Positions 43,801 to 55,897 of a stretch of 64,000 nt of DNA are shown in pieces. The notes under the pieces are model-generated. The model saw nothing but the letters and a program-made list of their open reading frames with translations, was not told the origin of the DNA and ran no database searches. The position numbers and the translations under genes are program-made. The stretch's first letter is position 1. Every line of letters begins with the position of its first letter. The stretch is from Bugula neritina (lineage: Eukaryota > Animalia > Bryozoa): assembly GCA_964035545.1 (NCBI GenBank), contig OZ037766.1, forward strand, positions 32,602,773-32,666,772, read 5' to 3'.

Positions 43801-44123
43801 ATATTTAGCTGCAGAACAATGTCAGATTGAAAACTACATGACTTTTCATAGAATCTTAAGCTGCTTTATTACAACGAAAAAGTGCTGCAGTATGATATAT
43901 TCTAGCATATCCAACCTTCCTGGGGCTTTGTGGTTCTGGGCTTGTGAGATTTACCAGACGAGGAGGAAGTGTTGGAGTTGACAGCAGAGATGCTGACTTC
44001 CTGGTATTTGACACAGTGTGCCAAGTGCTTTGCCAAATCCTCTCCATTGACAAAGAAATTATGACAGCCCTTGCATTCGTATACCTTGAACGTCTTACCC
44101 ACTAAATCTTCTATAGCCTCCAT
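34814..44123 (-). CDS. SLX4: Structure-specific endonuclease subunit SLX4-like scaffold (multi-exon)
   Basis: Domain order is characteristic: N-terminal C2HC finger (CKGC...HLAHC), BTB (FSDAVILTDLAEIPVHKLVIAAKYP; WLKYLYAND), long disordered exon, SAP-like (TPMDHFSSFSDEQLK..LRAYGLR...MISTLTELHTQTHQ), C-terminal SLX1-binding-like region (LYTRVLTYQ...LDSFCAKQCICV) and a basic tail. The start codon and some middle exons are approximate. Confidence 0.85.
35148..35226. repeat. 25-bp tandem repeat (GGCGTGGCTGAGCATGCCAATGT.), 3 copies
   Basis: Visible copies in an SLX4 intron. Confidence 0.85.
35730..36243. repeat. 21-bp minisatellite (GTAGTAGGAGGTGTATAACAT), ~24 copies, filling nearly a whole SLX4 intron
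   Basis: Visible tandem copies between the donor (~36252) and acceptor (~35713). Confidence 0.95.
36858..36986. repeat. 26-bp minisatellite (ACCAATATGGCCGCATGCAGCTAGGA), 5 copies
   Basis: Visible tandem copies. Confidence 0.92.
38256..38383 (-). repeat. 33-bp coding repeat (DTARQTGQRDI x ~4) in an SLX4 exon
   Basis: Frame fixed by the phase-1 acceptor at ~38430 and the phase-1 donor at 38205. Confidence 0.8.
39565..40035 (-). repeat. 159-bp (53-aa) coding repeat x3, each copy with an AT-hook-type RGRPRK
   Basis: Identical anchor sequence at 39581, 39740 and 39899 (159-bp spacing). Confidence 0.92.
42220..42390. repeat. ~29-bp minisatellite (GTAGTATGGCAGGTAGCAGCAGGTAGACT)
   Basis: Visible tandem copies, intronic. 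Confidence 0.85.
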
Positions 44124-44436
44124 TATTCAATATTAACACGATTAAAGCAATGATTCAAATACTGTGTAATTTATTTCATAGAAATGATATATTTGCAGTA
44201 AACATCACCCACTCACACCTAAACTATTATATACAGTAATAAGTTCTATTCTGAAGTGTGTCACTGTTGATGAGCGGTTAGAGATGAGTCATTCAGTTGC
44301 CTACAACATAGCATTACGTTATCAGCTGACTAAATACATTGCAGTGTTGAGAACACAACTCCTGTTATTTCACAACATATTTAAAGCTTTTCTGTCACTT
44401 GCACACACTATTAAACACAAATTATCTGGAACTTAT

Positions 44437-44539
<103 letters not shown>

Positions 44540-44738
44540 TGTTTTTGAATGCTTTTGTTAGGTTTAATGATGACATATTGATGTTTCTTCGAAATTTGAT
44601 TTTGACATCATGAATTCTGATGATACAAAAGTACATCCACACATTCGACTACGTGTGGTAGACTGAAACCTGTTCTAAGAATAACAGCGCACCTATGATG
44701 TCACACTCAGTCTAAATGTGGATACAGGTGTTTACCAA

Positions 44739-44952
44739 CTAATAAATACAAGTCAGCGACTTTGGTGACCTTGCAGTCAGCGTACCTTTATTCTCAGAGT
44801 CAGCAGTCTGTTGAGGGGAATACTTGTACAGAGGGTCTTCGGCTATTCGTTTGGCTTCTCGAATTCGTTCAAGGGCTGCTTGGTTGCACTAAAATGACAA
44901 AGTTGAAAAAGTCATTCACTGAAGAAGTAGCAGCAATAATAGTAGCAGCAGC

Positions 44953-44992
<40 letters not shown>

Positions 44993-46641
44993 ATGGCAGT
45001 GGCAACGGTAGCAGTAGCGGCAGTAGCAGCAGTAGCAGCAGTAGCAGCAGTAGCAGCAGTAGCAGCAGTAGCAGCAGTAGTAGCAGTAGTAGTAGTAGTA
45101 GTAGTAGTAGTAGCAACAGTAGCAGTAGCAGTATTAGTAGTAGTAGTAGCAGTAGCAGCAGTACTGGTTAGTAGTACTAGTAGTAGCAGTACTGGTTAGT
45201 AGTAGTAGTAGTAATAGTAACAGTAGTAGTAGTGGTGGTAGTAGTAGCAACAGTAGTAGTAGCAACAGTAGTAGTAGTAGTAGTAGTAGCAACAGTAGCA
45301 GTAGCAGTAGTAGCAGTACTGGTTAGTAGTACTAGTAGTACTAGTAGTAGCAGTACTGGTTAGTAGTGCTAGTAGTACTAGTAGTAGCAGTACTGGTTAG
45401 TAGTGCTAGTGGTGCTGGTAGTGCTAGTGGTGTTGGTAGTGCTAGTGGTGCTGGTAGCACTAGTGGTACTGGTAGCACTAGTGGTACTGGTAGTACTAGT
45501 GGTACTGGTAGTACTAGTGGTACTGGTAGTACTAGTGGTACTGGTAGTGGCAGTGGTACTGGTAGTGGCAGTGGTACTGGTAGTGGCAGTGGTACTGGTA
45601 GTGCTAGTGGTACTGGTAGTGGCAGCAGCAGCAGTGTTTCCATGGTAACAATAAGCATTTGTGATGAGAGAAACAGACACTAATTTATTCAGATGTTCAA
45701 AACCTTCATTCAAAGTCATCAAGAAACTAATAATTAATTATGCACTCAGTAATTTCACTTAATTCCGAGAAATACTTTTCAATATTTCCTATAAAATGCA
45801 ATGTTCTACCTAAATATAGCCTCCTTCCCCCAATAGCGAAGCATCAATTCCCAGCTACCCATAGAAGAATTGGAATCACTAGAATATCAGGAAGTAAAAT
45901 GTCAAAGTACCTTTTGTTGACTGTCCTCAAACCACGAATCTTCTGACTCAATCCACTTGGCAAACCTACTGTGAGGATACCTGTATTTACTGTAAGTACA
46001 AACAGAGTAAGTACAAACAGAGTAAGTACAAACAGAGTAAGTACAAACAGAGTAAGTACAAACAGAGTAAGTATAAACAGAGTAAGTATACACAGAGTAA
46101 GTATAAACAGAGTAAGTATAAACAGAGTAAGTACAAACAGAGTAAGTACAAACAGAGTAAGTACAAACAGAGTAACTATAAACAGAGTAAGTACAAACAG
46201 AGTAAGTATAAACAGAGTAAGTATACACAGAGTAAGTATAAACAGAGTAAGTACAAACAGAGTAAGTATAAACAGAGTAAGTATAAACACCTGTTAGCAT
46301 GAACAGGTATGGTAACACAGAAATGGTAGTTCACACGAATGCAGATTTTACAACCAAATGCCAGCAAATTTCAAATTACCAGCATTGCAGTTACTGTTTT
46401 AGTATTTAGTAAATATAGAACGCACTTATTCACCAAGCTCCCACTGATATCTACTTAAAACAAGCAGTGAAAAAGAGAAAAACTTGCTGCACACGAATAC
46501 CAACATGTATAGGTAAGCCAAGCCTCCTCCAAATGCCCACAATGATATGAAGGTTATGTTGACGACTTTAAACGCTTGAGTGCCCACGAGGTTTCCTAGA
46601 GGATTGAATTCACGGCCTTTGGGCTTTGGGTTGCCAGACAT
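44739..46641 (-). CDS. Small single-pass membrane protein (~118 aa). Exons 46505-46641, 45911-45980, 44739-44888
   Basis: In-frame GT-AG joins (phases 2,0): MSGNPKPKGREFNPLGNLVGTQAFKVVNITFISLWAFGGGLAYLYMYPHSRFAKWIESEDSWFEDSQQKCNQAALERIREAKRIAEDPLYKY... One hydrophobic segment, then an acidic/helical tail. Confidence 0.65.
44925..45632. repeat. Compound (AGT/AGC/GGT)n triplet-based repeat, intronic
   Basis: Visible; explains the poly-V, poly-L and poly-T ORFs. Confidence 0.95.
45992..46288. repeat. 15-bp minisatellite (GAGTAAGTA[CT]AAACA), ~20 copies, abutting an acceptor
   Basis: Visible tandem copies. Confidence 0.95.
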
Positions 46642-47239
46642 TGGACCAACTTCACTGACAAACAAACACATACCAGGTTACATAGTTGAGTGACAACTTG
46701 TCATAGCTTCAATTTCCAATAACTGAAGCTCAAACTACTTTTACTTGAATGTATGGAAAAATAAATGAAATACTCCAATTGTAACCTTAGACTCATAATC
46801 TCAAATTGCAATTTCAGCCACTGGGAAAAGTATATCTTTGTAGCTGTACAGAAATTTGTTACAGAAAGCATTAGGCAGGCCACCTATGCTTCCATTCCTC
46901 TCATGATATGCACACACAATGCCAAGTTAAATATATGGCACTGCACAAAGGTGAGGATATGTGCTATGTACTTACTACTTAAATAGCTAAAAGTTTAAAT
47001 AATAATATTTATAATTAACCTATTAATGAACATTTTTGAGAGTGAAACAGTACTTCCAACTTAAATAACTGATAATAAAAAACTTCTGTAGCCAAAATAA
47101 ATTACTTTGAAATTGAAGTGGGATTATCACCATTCCAATCTAAAAGAAACTAATAGTAATACTAATAGTAATAGTGCACTCTTGTGATTTGACTGTGTCT
47201 GTAGTGACATTATCATTCTGATTATCAAATAGTGAAATA

Positions 47240-47415
47240 CTATCACTCATCACTCATCAGTATCACTATCAGTATGACTATGAGTATGAGTATCACTATC
47301 ACTATGACTATGTCTATTGACTATAATTATAACTATTACTATAAGTATAACAATCACAATGACATTGACTATCACTATGACTATGACTATCAGTATGAGT
47401 ATGAGTATGAGTGAT
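47240..47415. repeat. Degenerate 6-bp repeat (TATGAC/TATCAC/TATGAG)
   Basis: Visible hexamer periodicity. Confidence 0.8.
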
Positions 47416-47591
47416 ATTATGATTGAGTTCGAATTTCAATATCAATAAACCTATTTACTAAGCTAGGAGGAGTGAAACTTCATTTTCATCATGAGTGTAA
47501 AACTAAATGTTGCTTTCACTATGATACTCTATGAAAAACAAATTGAAATCATGGTCAACTTTGTACGGCATAAATTTTGCATGGAGGTTTG

Positions 47592-47732
47592 AAAGTTGCT
47601 AGAAACAGCACCGATGTGGTGATCACCGAGTGCAGTAATTAGGATCTTGAAAGTTCAAACTCGATATTCCGAGTCAAAACTGGAACTACTGCACTCAGTG
47701 ACTACAAACTCAGTGATGCTTCTAGCAACTTT
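47592..47732. mobile_element. ~140-bp imperfect palindrome / small MITE-like element
   Basis: AAAGTTGCTAGAA...TCACCGAGTGCAGTA pairs with TACTGCACTCAGTGA...TTCTAGCAACTTT. Confidence 0.65.
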
Positions 47733-49543
47733 TTAAATCTTAGTATAGTCACTGAAACTATAATTACAGTTATAGTTCAATGAGTATAGTATTTAATTTT
47801 ACTTGACAGAAAATTTGGTGGCACGGCGTTCAGCAGCTAAATATAATCTGATTGGCTTACTAATTCTAGGCGCAAACTTATAAAGTTTATGTACGCGACT
47901 GTGCCATAGTATGACTTTTATTGCCAATAATTATAATGGCGTTACTCGTATTCCTACAACTCTACAACCTGTTACTACGAAATCAGTTGGTGATTTTCGT
48001 AACAATATAAACAATTACGAAATTCAAAGTAAAACAATGTAGCCTTATGTTATATAGGTAACGCATACACACGCACCTGGAGAAGTGCTACCTAAGCTTT
48101 ATACTTATTGTGTACATTCCTTTTACAGTTTTAGCTTTTTGCTGAGAAGCCTATATTTTTTCTAAACAATTATTTTTCAATTACAAATCATAATACTATC
48201 TACCTATCTTTTATATGGTCAGAAATTTTATATAACTCTTCAATTATGAGTGGACGAATTCTTTGTACCAATTGCCACCTTTCAATCAGCTTTTTTTCCA
48301 TAAATAAATAAACTTTTTTATATATTAGGTTCTTTGATTTGAAGATAACTAATACAAAATCTTCAAATTGTATTATAAACTTTAGTACATGGGCTAAAAC
48401 GATCATTGAGTGCTATTATAGATAATTTGTCAACGTTTTTTGGCATAATTTATGTAATTTTGCAGTACTTTCTAGAATGCCTATATTTTGTTTGGTTATT
48501 GTTTCAAATTAGCTATCACAAAGTGTGATTTCTTATATAATTTTTATGAACATTTGATTTTTTTTAATATTTCATATACTAATAACTTTAAACATTGACT
48601 CTTTCAGTTGTGTTATATGCATTTTTCAATAGCTAGTTGTTGAAAGACAATTCTTCATAAATTTTAATTGTTATTTCTTCATGAAGACACCTAGTTAGTC
48701 ATGTAAGCCCTAGTTTTTAATATGCAACACAAAACATATGTATTTTTTGGTATTTCTGAATTTATTACAATAGCAGTACTGAATGCTTTCTAGCAAACAC
48801 CTTAAGGCAATGATAAACACCACAGCTATAAATTCACAATATGATTATTTAAACAGTAAATTAAACACAATATTACACATATCAAGGTGTAAGATTACAT
48901 AATAAAACATGAGTCACATAAACACACAATTATAACAAGACAGTTTATTTCTATCCTATACTGATATATTTACTTGTTATAATCATACAACGGTTATTCC
49001 AAGTAAAAATAGATCAGTTTTAAAGCATCAGAGTTTTGTTTTTCTATATAGAGTTACTTTAATTATCAAATACAATTTTGGCATTTTAGTTAAGACAATA
49101 ATAGTTGATGCATAAGTAGATGTATAATATATATTATATTATATTACTACTTTATAATAAAATAGTGTGTTGATATTTTATCAAAATGGTGATAACAACA
49201 TAAGTCAGCTGAGGGATCACTTCATATCACAGTTCCTGGCAATAGTTTCACTAATTTATTGACAAAATCATTTTTTATACAAAATATTTGACTTTGTTTG
49301 GCACATTGAGCTTTTTTTATTGATAATTCCTACAAATAGTTTGTTCTGGCAGCAACAAAATTTATAAAAAAATTTAAAGATACAAACACAACTATAATAT
49401 TATTTTTCTATGAACTGTAAGTTTGCTATTAGCTTTAGATTTATTATAAATTTGTTGCAGATGTGTTATGAATTTATAGTAGATGAGAGCACATGAATAT
49501 ATGAATGAAGCTCTAAATGCACGTTAACCTGCATACTTCAGCA

Positions 49544-49731
49544 TACTACCACCAGACACGTACTACCACCAGACACGTACTACCACCAGACACGTACTAC
49601 CACCAGACACGTACTACCACCAGACACCTACTACCACCAGACACGTACTACCACCAGACACGTACTATCACCAGACACGTACTATCACCAGACACGTACT
49701 ATCACCAGACACGTACTACCACCAGACACGT
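49544..49731. repeat. 17-bp minisatellite (TACTACCACCAGACACG), ~11 copies, overlapping the stop codon of paralogue B
   Basis: On the minus strand the unit reads CGT GTC TGG TGG TAG. Confidence 0.93.
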
Positions 49732-52700
49732 ATGTAGCTGGTTACGTTTTGTGAAGGCTCTAATACGTCATTTGCTAAAACTATAAACCCAATCTCACAT
49801 ATCTGATCTTGTCGATGGTAGTTTACATTCACACAGCCAGTAGTTAGACAAACAGACAGACAAGTCAGCAAGGAAGGATAACTCAGAGGTTGAACAGATA
49901 ATTCAGGCATCTGGTATTCTGGATAGATCTCAAACTTGTTCCAGATGTCATCCATCAAAGCTGTAAATAGTTTTATGTATGCAAGAATTAAACAGTACTA
50001 AAGAAAGCCTGAAGCCAAGAGTCTCCGAATGTTTACAAACACATGTACATTGAGAATGCCATGTCAAAAAATATGTACATGAACAATTTACACTAATGTC
50101 AAGTTTCAAGTAAAACTGAAAATTTAAACTGTAATATTTATTGTATATACTATTTTAAAAAATTTCACAAAAATAGTCTAACTGAATGAGATAAACTGAA
50201 ATATTTCAATAGTAAACTTTTTATTTGGCATAGTTATTCAATTTCAATGTTAAAACATGCAATGGTCAACAAAATGAAAAATGTGGTTTTTTAGTAAGCC
50301 CATAAATCAAAACAAAAATAAATTTCTTGAAAAATCCTGCTATAACATAATATGTTGTAATAGATGTATAACCATTTTACCTGTACTTTTGTAGTCAATA
50401 GACACAGCTTCGAATGTGTTTTCTATCGTTCCATGAACCTCCATCACTCCAGGTCTTAAACTGAACACGTCGCCTTCCTTTCTGCAGTCGGCAGCTAGCT
50501 TATCTAGTTGTTTTGGAGAAAAGGCAAAACTCCAGATGTTTAAGCAGGAAATTGATCCTACCATTTGGTGACTTCTGCTTCTTTCCCCTTAAAACATAAT
50601 CCATTACAGACGGTGTTCAAACCTGAAAATTATAATATAAACTTCTTGCTTAACCAAAACTGTAGTATACCTGACAAAACAAAATTCTACATGTTTTGCA
50701 ATTTACCAATAATCGATACCAATAAGTAAACATGTACAAAATAGACTTTGAAACTATACAGAATAGTTAAAGGAATCGTATAAAATTATATTTTACTAAC
50801 CAAGAAATTTATCTTGCTCACTAAGTACTACAAGTGCAGTCTCTAGGGTGGATGCATTGATCTTCTTTGGTACGTTGAACTCTTGCATTATACTCTCGGA
50901 TGGAGCTGAAGTGTCTGTATTTACTTTTAATGTAATCTGAAAAGATCCTCTAAACACATATAAAGCATTCAAAATTTTGTTTTTGTTAATAAACCTGTTA
51001 CAAAAACCGAAAAACAAATTATATTGGATGCATTAAATTGCGATCTTACTTGATACATTGGACTTGTATCAAGCAAAGTTTCTTTTGCTGACAAACAATA
51101 AAATAACCATTCTTTAAGGGGAAGATTGTAAATGAGGTTTCTCCTCTGCCTCTCAATCCTGAATCTAACAGTTGTTAGGCCAACTTTGAAAAACAACCAG
51201 TCTATACCATCTAAAACAAGCAAGGGAACACAACTGCAGCAGTTCATCATTGATCAAAAGTATTACATGTGAAATGTAACTGCCTGTGCATACCTTGTGT
51301 GACCATGCTGATGAATGCACTTCTATTTACGTCATTCAATTCATTTGCTTTTCCCCAGAAACAAATGGTGAAGTGTGTGATTGGCATATTGATTTTTCTT
51401 GCAGCCCAATTTCCAGGGTTGACAGCTGTATTGGTGAAAGTATAACTCAAATGTTTTCCTTTAGAACCTGCGAAAATGTCATCATACTGAGAAGTTTAGG
51501 GTTTAATTGGATCATACAGCATTGTACAACCTCTACTTGAGATAACTCATATCCAGAACAACTATATAAAATTTATTTGATATGCAAGAAAGTCATTTTA
51601 AATATTTTACTAGATTTTAAAAATCTAGGCAGTGTGAAGAAGCATGTGCAGGCCTTAAAGTGCATGCATTGAAGATATGCTGCATTTAAATGATTGATCA
51701 TAGCTTTTCTATATAATCTACGAATCTCTCACTGATAGTTTACCTGCTACCGGAGGATGAGATGCACCAGTTTTGTCATTCACTTCTATGCCTCCATGGA
51801 TCTGCATAGATTCTGGTTTTAAGTTGAACACGTCACCTTCGTTCTGGCAGCCAGCCAACTTTTTAAGGTGATGCTCTGGGAAGGTTGTACTCCAGATGTT
51901 TAAACAGGTGATGGATCCTATAAGACTTGCATTGAATCCTCCTACAGATTAATCTCTATCATATAATACACTGGTAATATATGGGTACACACTACACTGT
52001 ATGATTTAATCTTTATCATATGATAATACACTGGTGATATATGAGTACACACTGTGCTATGAGATTTAATCTAATATTTGTTATAAATACTAGGTCTTAC
52101 TTGAAACATAATTACTCTGCAACTAAAAACTCTTGTGTTTTTTTATATAAATGGGTGTAGACTGTATAGTATTTTGTAAGTGTTCAATTCATCTCAAAGA
52201 GTTAATTTAAGACAATATAAATAAAAGGTCGTTACCCATAAGTTTTTCTTGATCTCCAAATAAATTTAAAGATGCAAAGATGAATTTTTGTTTGAGAAGT
52301 TTTCGCATTGAAAAATCATGCGAATCACTTAGAGTCCACACTAGATTTGGCCACTTTTCACCAACCTTCAGCTGAAAGAACGGAATGGATGTGCGTCATT
52401 AATTTAAGTTACAGATTTGAGTAGCATATTAATCATTTGCAAGTGTTTATGTAGTAGAAACTAGCAAGTGAAGTAAACTTGGAATTATAGCAATATAACT
52501 TATTACTGCAAGGTGTGAATAGTAAAAAGCAAACACAAACTGCTATAATGACAAAATTGAAAATAGATAAACTGGTGAATGTAAAGTTTATATAGTAGAG
52601 CTGCTTTTTATTACATATTATAGTATACAGCTTGAGGTATGGTAATACGTAAAATTACCTGATACTGAAACTTTTTGTCTGTTATTACATTGTCAATGGA

Positions 52701-55700
52701 GAGACAGGAAAAATACCAATCATGTTGATTTATCTTGTAGTTAGATGCAAATGATTCAGAGTTCAATTCTAGAATAAAACTATTTCTTCCAACTTTGAAA
52801 CGAAGCAAATGAGGCACCCCTTTAAATATAGCAATATTTTCTATATCTCATTCTATAAAATATTATATGATTATGCAACTAATTATATTATAAACTATTA
52901 AGCTAATCAACTGAATAATGATGAAATTAATTTCATAAATATAAAATAACATTTTTGTCAAGTTTGTTAGAATCAATTTAACATAACTTATTTTACATGA
53001 AGACAAATCTGTAGCGGGTTATGTAATACACCAATTGACCAACAATAAAACATTAACTACAAACAATATAAGAATACCTGTTGTTGCCATGCTTAGAATT
53101 GTGCTGGTAGGTGTATCAGGGATGTCATGTATTTTCACCCAGAAACAGATGGTAAAGTTGGCTGTTGGCATCTCTTCAATCACTCTCCCTGCCCAGTTGC
53201 TCGTGTCAACAGCATCATTAGTAAGTGTGTAGTTTCCAGCAGGGGTGAATTCCTCTTCTTTTTACAAAACAGATTATGATCATTGCTAATATAATTTGAT
53301 TGGATTAATTGCGCATGTCCTAAAATCCTTATTGAACACATTTATAATAACAGCTTTAAAACAATTTTCAAAAAAAAGGTTTGAGAAAATTCGATCAGCT
53401 TCTGAAAATATCAATCAACTCAAGTATCTGAGTTGCAGATATTAATTCTGCAGAAATTGAAAAATCTAATAATTGAGCTTTTGAAAACATGAAAACCAAT
53501 TTCCATTTAATATTATTCTCTATACAGAATAGAGAGAAGAGCTCTTTGTGACCATCTGAAGTGTTTATTGCAAAGTATAGATTCATCATCTCTCTGATGT
53601 TTTGTAACAGGTTATTCAACTATTCAATTATCTATTCTAAGTTCTAACAGCAATAACATTGTAATGATATCTTGTTTTACCAGTAAATTGTCTGAAACTT
53701 AGCTCAGGGTTACAATAGATTTAAAGTTTACATATAACATCTAAGTTTGACATTGCATCATGCTTCCTCTTATTATATTATATACTTAAGGAAAAAAATT
53801 AGCACTTTAACACTTATCTAGCTCTTTCTGCATGCAAGAAAAATTAATAATGCCTAATGTTAAAATGAAAGTAACAAACAAGCAAAATAGCATCTGGTGT
53901 CACTTTTGAAAATTTCAAGCCACCATTTGATGATTCAACTAATCTTCTGCTATGAGACATTGAATATGATTCCTCAATAACCTGCGAGACAATGAGCTAT
54001 TGTTTCTATAACCTGGTCAGAACTCAAAACAGTCAGTAAAGGTAAAATAAAATTTTTTATCTCTTGTATGAAAATTTTTTAGTTTAATAAATTTCAATAT
54101 TTATTATTAATATTATTTAGAGGATTAGTTGCATTCTATATGACATCACATCTCTCTCTTACAAATATTTATATTTCTGGAACGAAAGTATTTGTTAAGC
54201 ACTGGAAGATAAAATAATTTTACCAATTTCTGTTGATTCAGCCAACCCACCAGATGCTGCTTTTAGAACTAGCCAGTCGTCTCCTTCCAGAACCACAATA
54301 GGATCCCTAGCTGCGATAGGTAATATAGCCAGTGCTTTACTAGGCATTGTAGAAGGCTTTGTAGCAAGCGTTGTAGTAGGTATTGTAGTAGGTGTTGTAG
54401 TAGGTGTTGTAATAGGTGTTGTAGTAGGTGGTTTAGTGGGTGGTGTAGAAGGCATTGTAGCAAGTGCTGTAGTAGATGTTGTAGTGGGTGTTGTAGTAGG
54501 TGGTGTAGTAGGTGGTGTAGTGGGTGTTGTAGTAGGTGGTGTAGTAGGTGTTGTAGTAGGCATTGTAGTAGGTGTTGTAGTAGGTGTTGTAATAGGTGTT
54601 GTAGTTGGTGGTTTAGTGAGTGGTGTAGAAGGCATTGTAGCAAGTGCTGTAGTAGATGTTGTAGTGGGTGTTGTAGTAGGCATTGTAGTAGGTGTTGTAG
54701 TTGGTGTTGTAGTAAGTGTTGTAGTAGGTGGTGTAGTTGATGTTGTAGTAGGTGGTGTAGTAAGTGTTGTAGCAAGTGCTGTAGTAGATGTTGTAGTGGG
54801 TGTTAAAGTAGGCATTGTAGTAGGCATTGTAGTAGGTGTTGTAGTAAGTGTTGTAGTAGGTGTTGTAGTAGGTGGTGTAGTAGGTGGTGTAGTAGGTGTT
54901 GTAGTTGGTGTTGTAGTTGGTGTAGTTGGTGGTGTTGTAGTCTTAGTTGGTGCTGTATCTGTACCTCCATTACTTTCGTGGTTTTCGAAAATACTCAGAG
55001 CTGCAAATACAAACTAACAGATATAATTTATTTGTTAGTTTTACAGCATTTTATCATCTCTCATGAAATATTTATATTTTTAGATTATACTTAATTACAA
55101 ACAACCTGATTTTTTCACTGTCTAGACTCTAGATACTTGGTTGCTTTCTTTTTTTAGAAAATGTTGACAATGACAGGTAATTTTAATCATACAGAAACTG
55201 TTTTCTACCTAATAAACTACTACACATGTAACAACAGATTTGTACCTGACGAAACGTTGATCGCATTTGAAAAGAAAGAACTGACCAAATTTTAAAAAGA
55301 TGACACTCAAAATTTAACTATTTTCCTTATTTTTAATTTTGCATAAATGCAGAGAAAAATCTTTTCATTACTATGCTATCCATCATCTTTTTGGCAATGA
55401 AGACAAATACAGTATGTTTAAAGTTATAGTCTACTATTTTTAAATTTTTGCCAGGAATATATGCTTTTCCCATGATATTTGATATTTAATTGTAGCAAAA
55501 TTTTAATATAATTCATCACTAGTGAAATATTTTAAAAACAAAACTTCTTTTTATCATAATAATATGTCTGTGTCTTTTCTATGTGGCTTGAACTTTGGTT
55601 GAATTTGAAATAAAACAAACTAAAAATTGTCACAACTTTAACCATCAATTACAATTTTCTTAACCAACCTCCAGAATTTTAAATAACCTATTGAAATCTC

Positions 55701-55897
55701 AAACATATAAACTTCAAACAAAACACATTGTAGTATATTAGATAAATAATAAAGTATGGCAATATTTTGTATTATAATACATATAACACAATAAAAAATT
55801 GCTTACTATAAGTTCTATAATATATCTGTATACTCATACCCGTTATAACCAGAGTTATTTGTAGAAGAAAGGCAGCCGGTGACTTTCTTGGCAGCAT
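49716..55897 (-). CDS. Secreted protein: signal peptide + Thr/Pro mucin-like stalk + two pentraxin/LamG-like domains + PAN/Apple domain (paralogue B)
   Basis: Signal exon 55840-55897 (MLPRKSPAAFLLQITLVIT), then the mucin exon ~54223-55000. Motifs YTLTN/YTFTN, FTICFW (x2), W[YL]F[SY]CLS (x2) and GSI[TS]CLNIWS....C..EGDVF (x2). PAN-like last exon ~49716-49960. Confidence 0.8.
54350..54945 (-). repeat. Coding 12-bp-period repeat (PTTT-type mucin stalk) with a 180-bp higher-order duplication
   Basis: ORF 54195-54827 and the upstream continuation of that frame. Confidence 0.9.

Noticed and set aside
44762-46318. Poly-Val, poly-Leu, Gly/Ser/Thr and FVLTL ORFs
   Set aside because: Triplet-based and 15-bp repeats within introns of the small membrane-protein gene.
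54269-55017. His/Leu/Gln-rich (-) and Val/Gly-rich (+) ORFs
   Set aside because: Alternative frames of the Thr/Pro mucin exon, whose true frame is fixed by phase-1 junctions.
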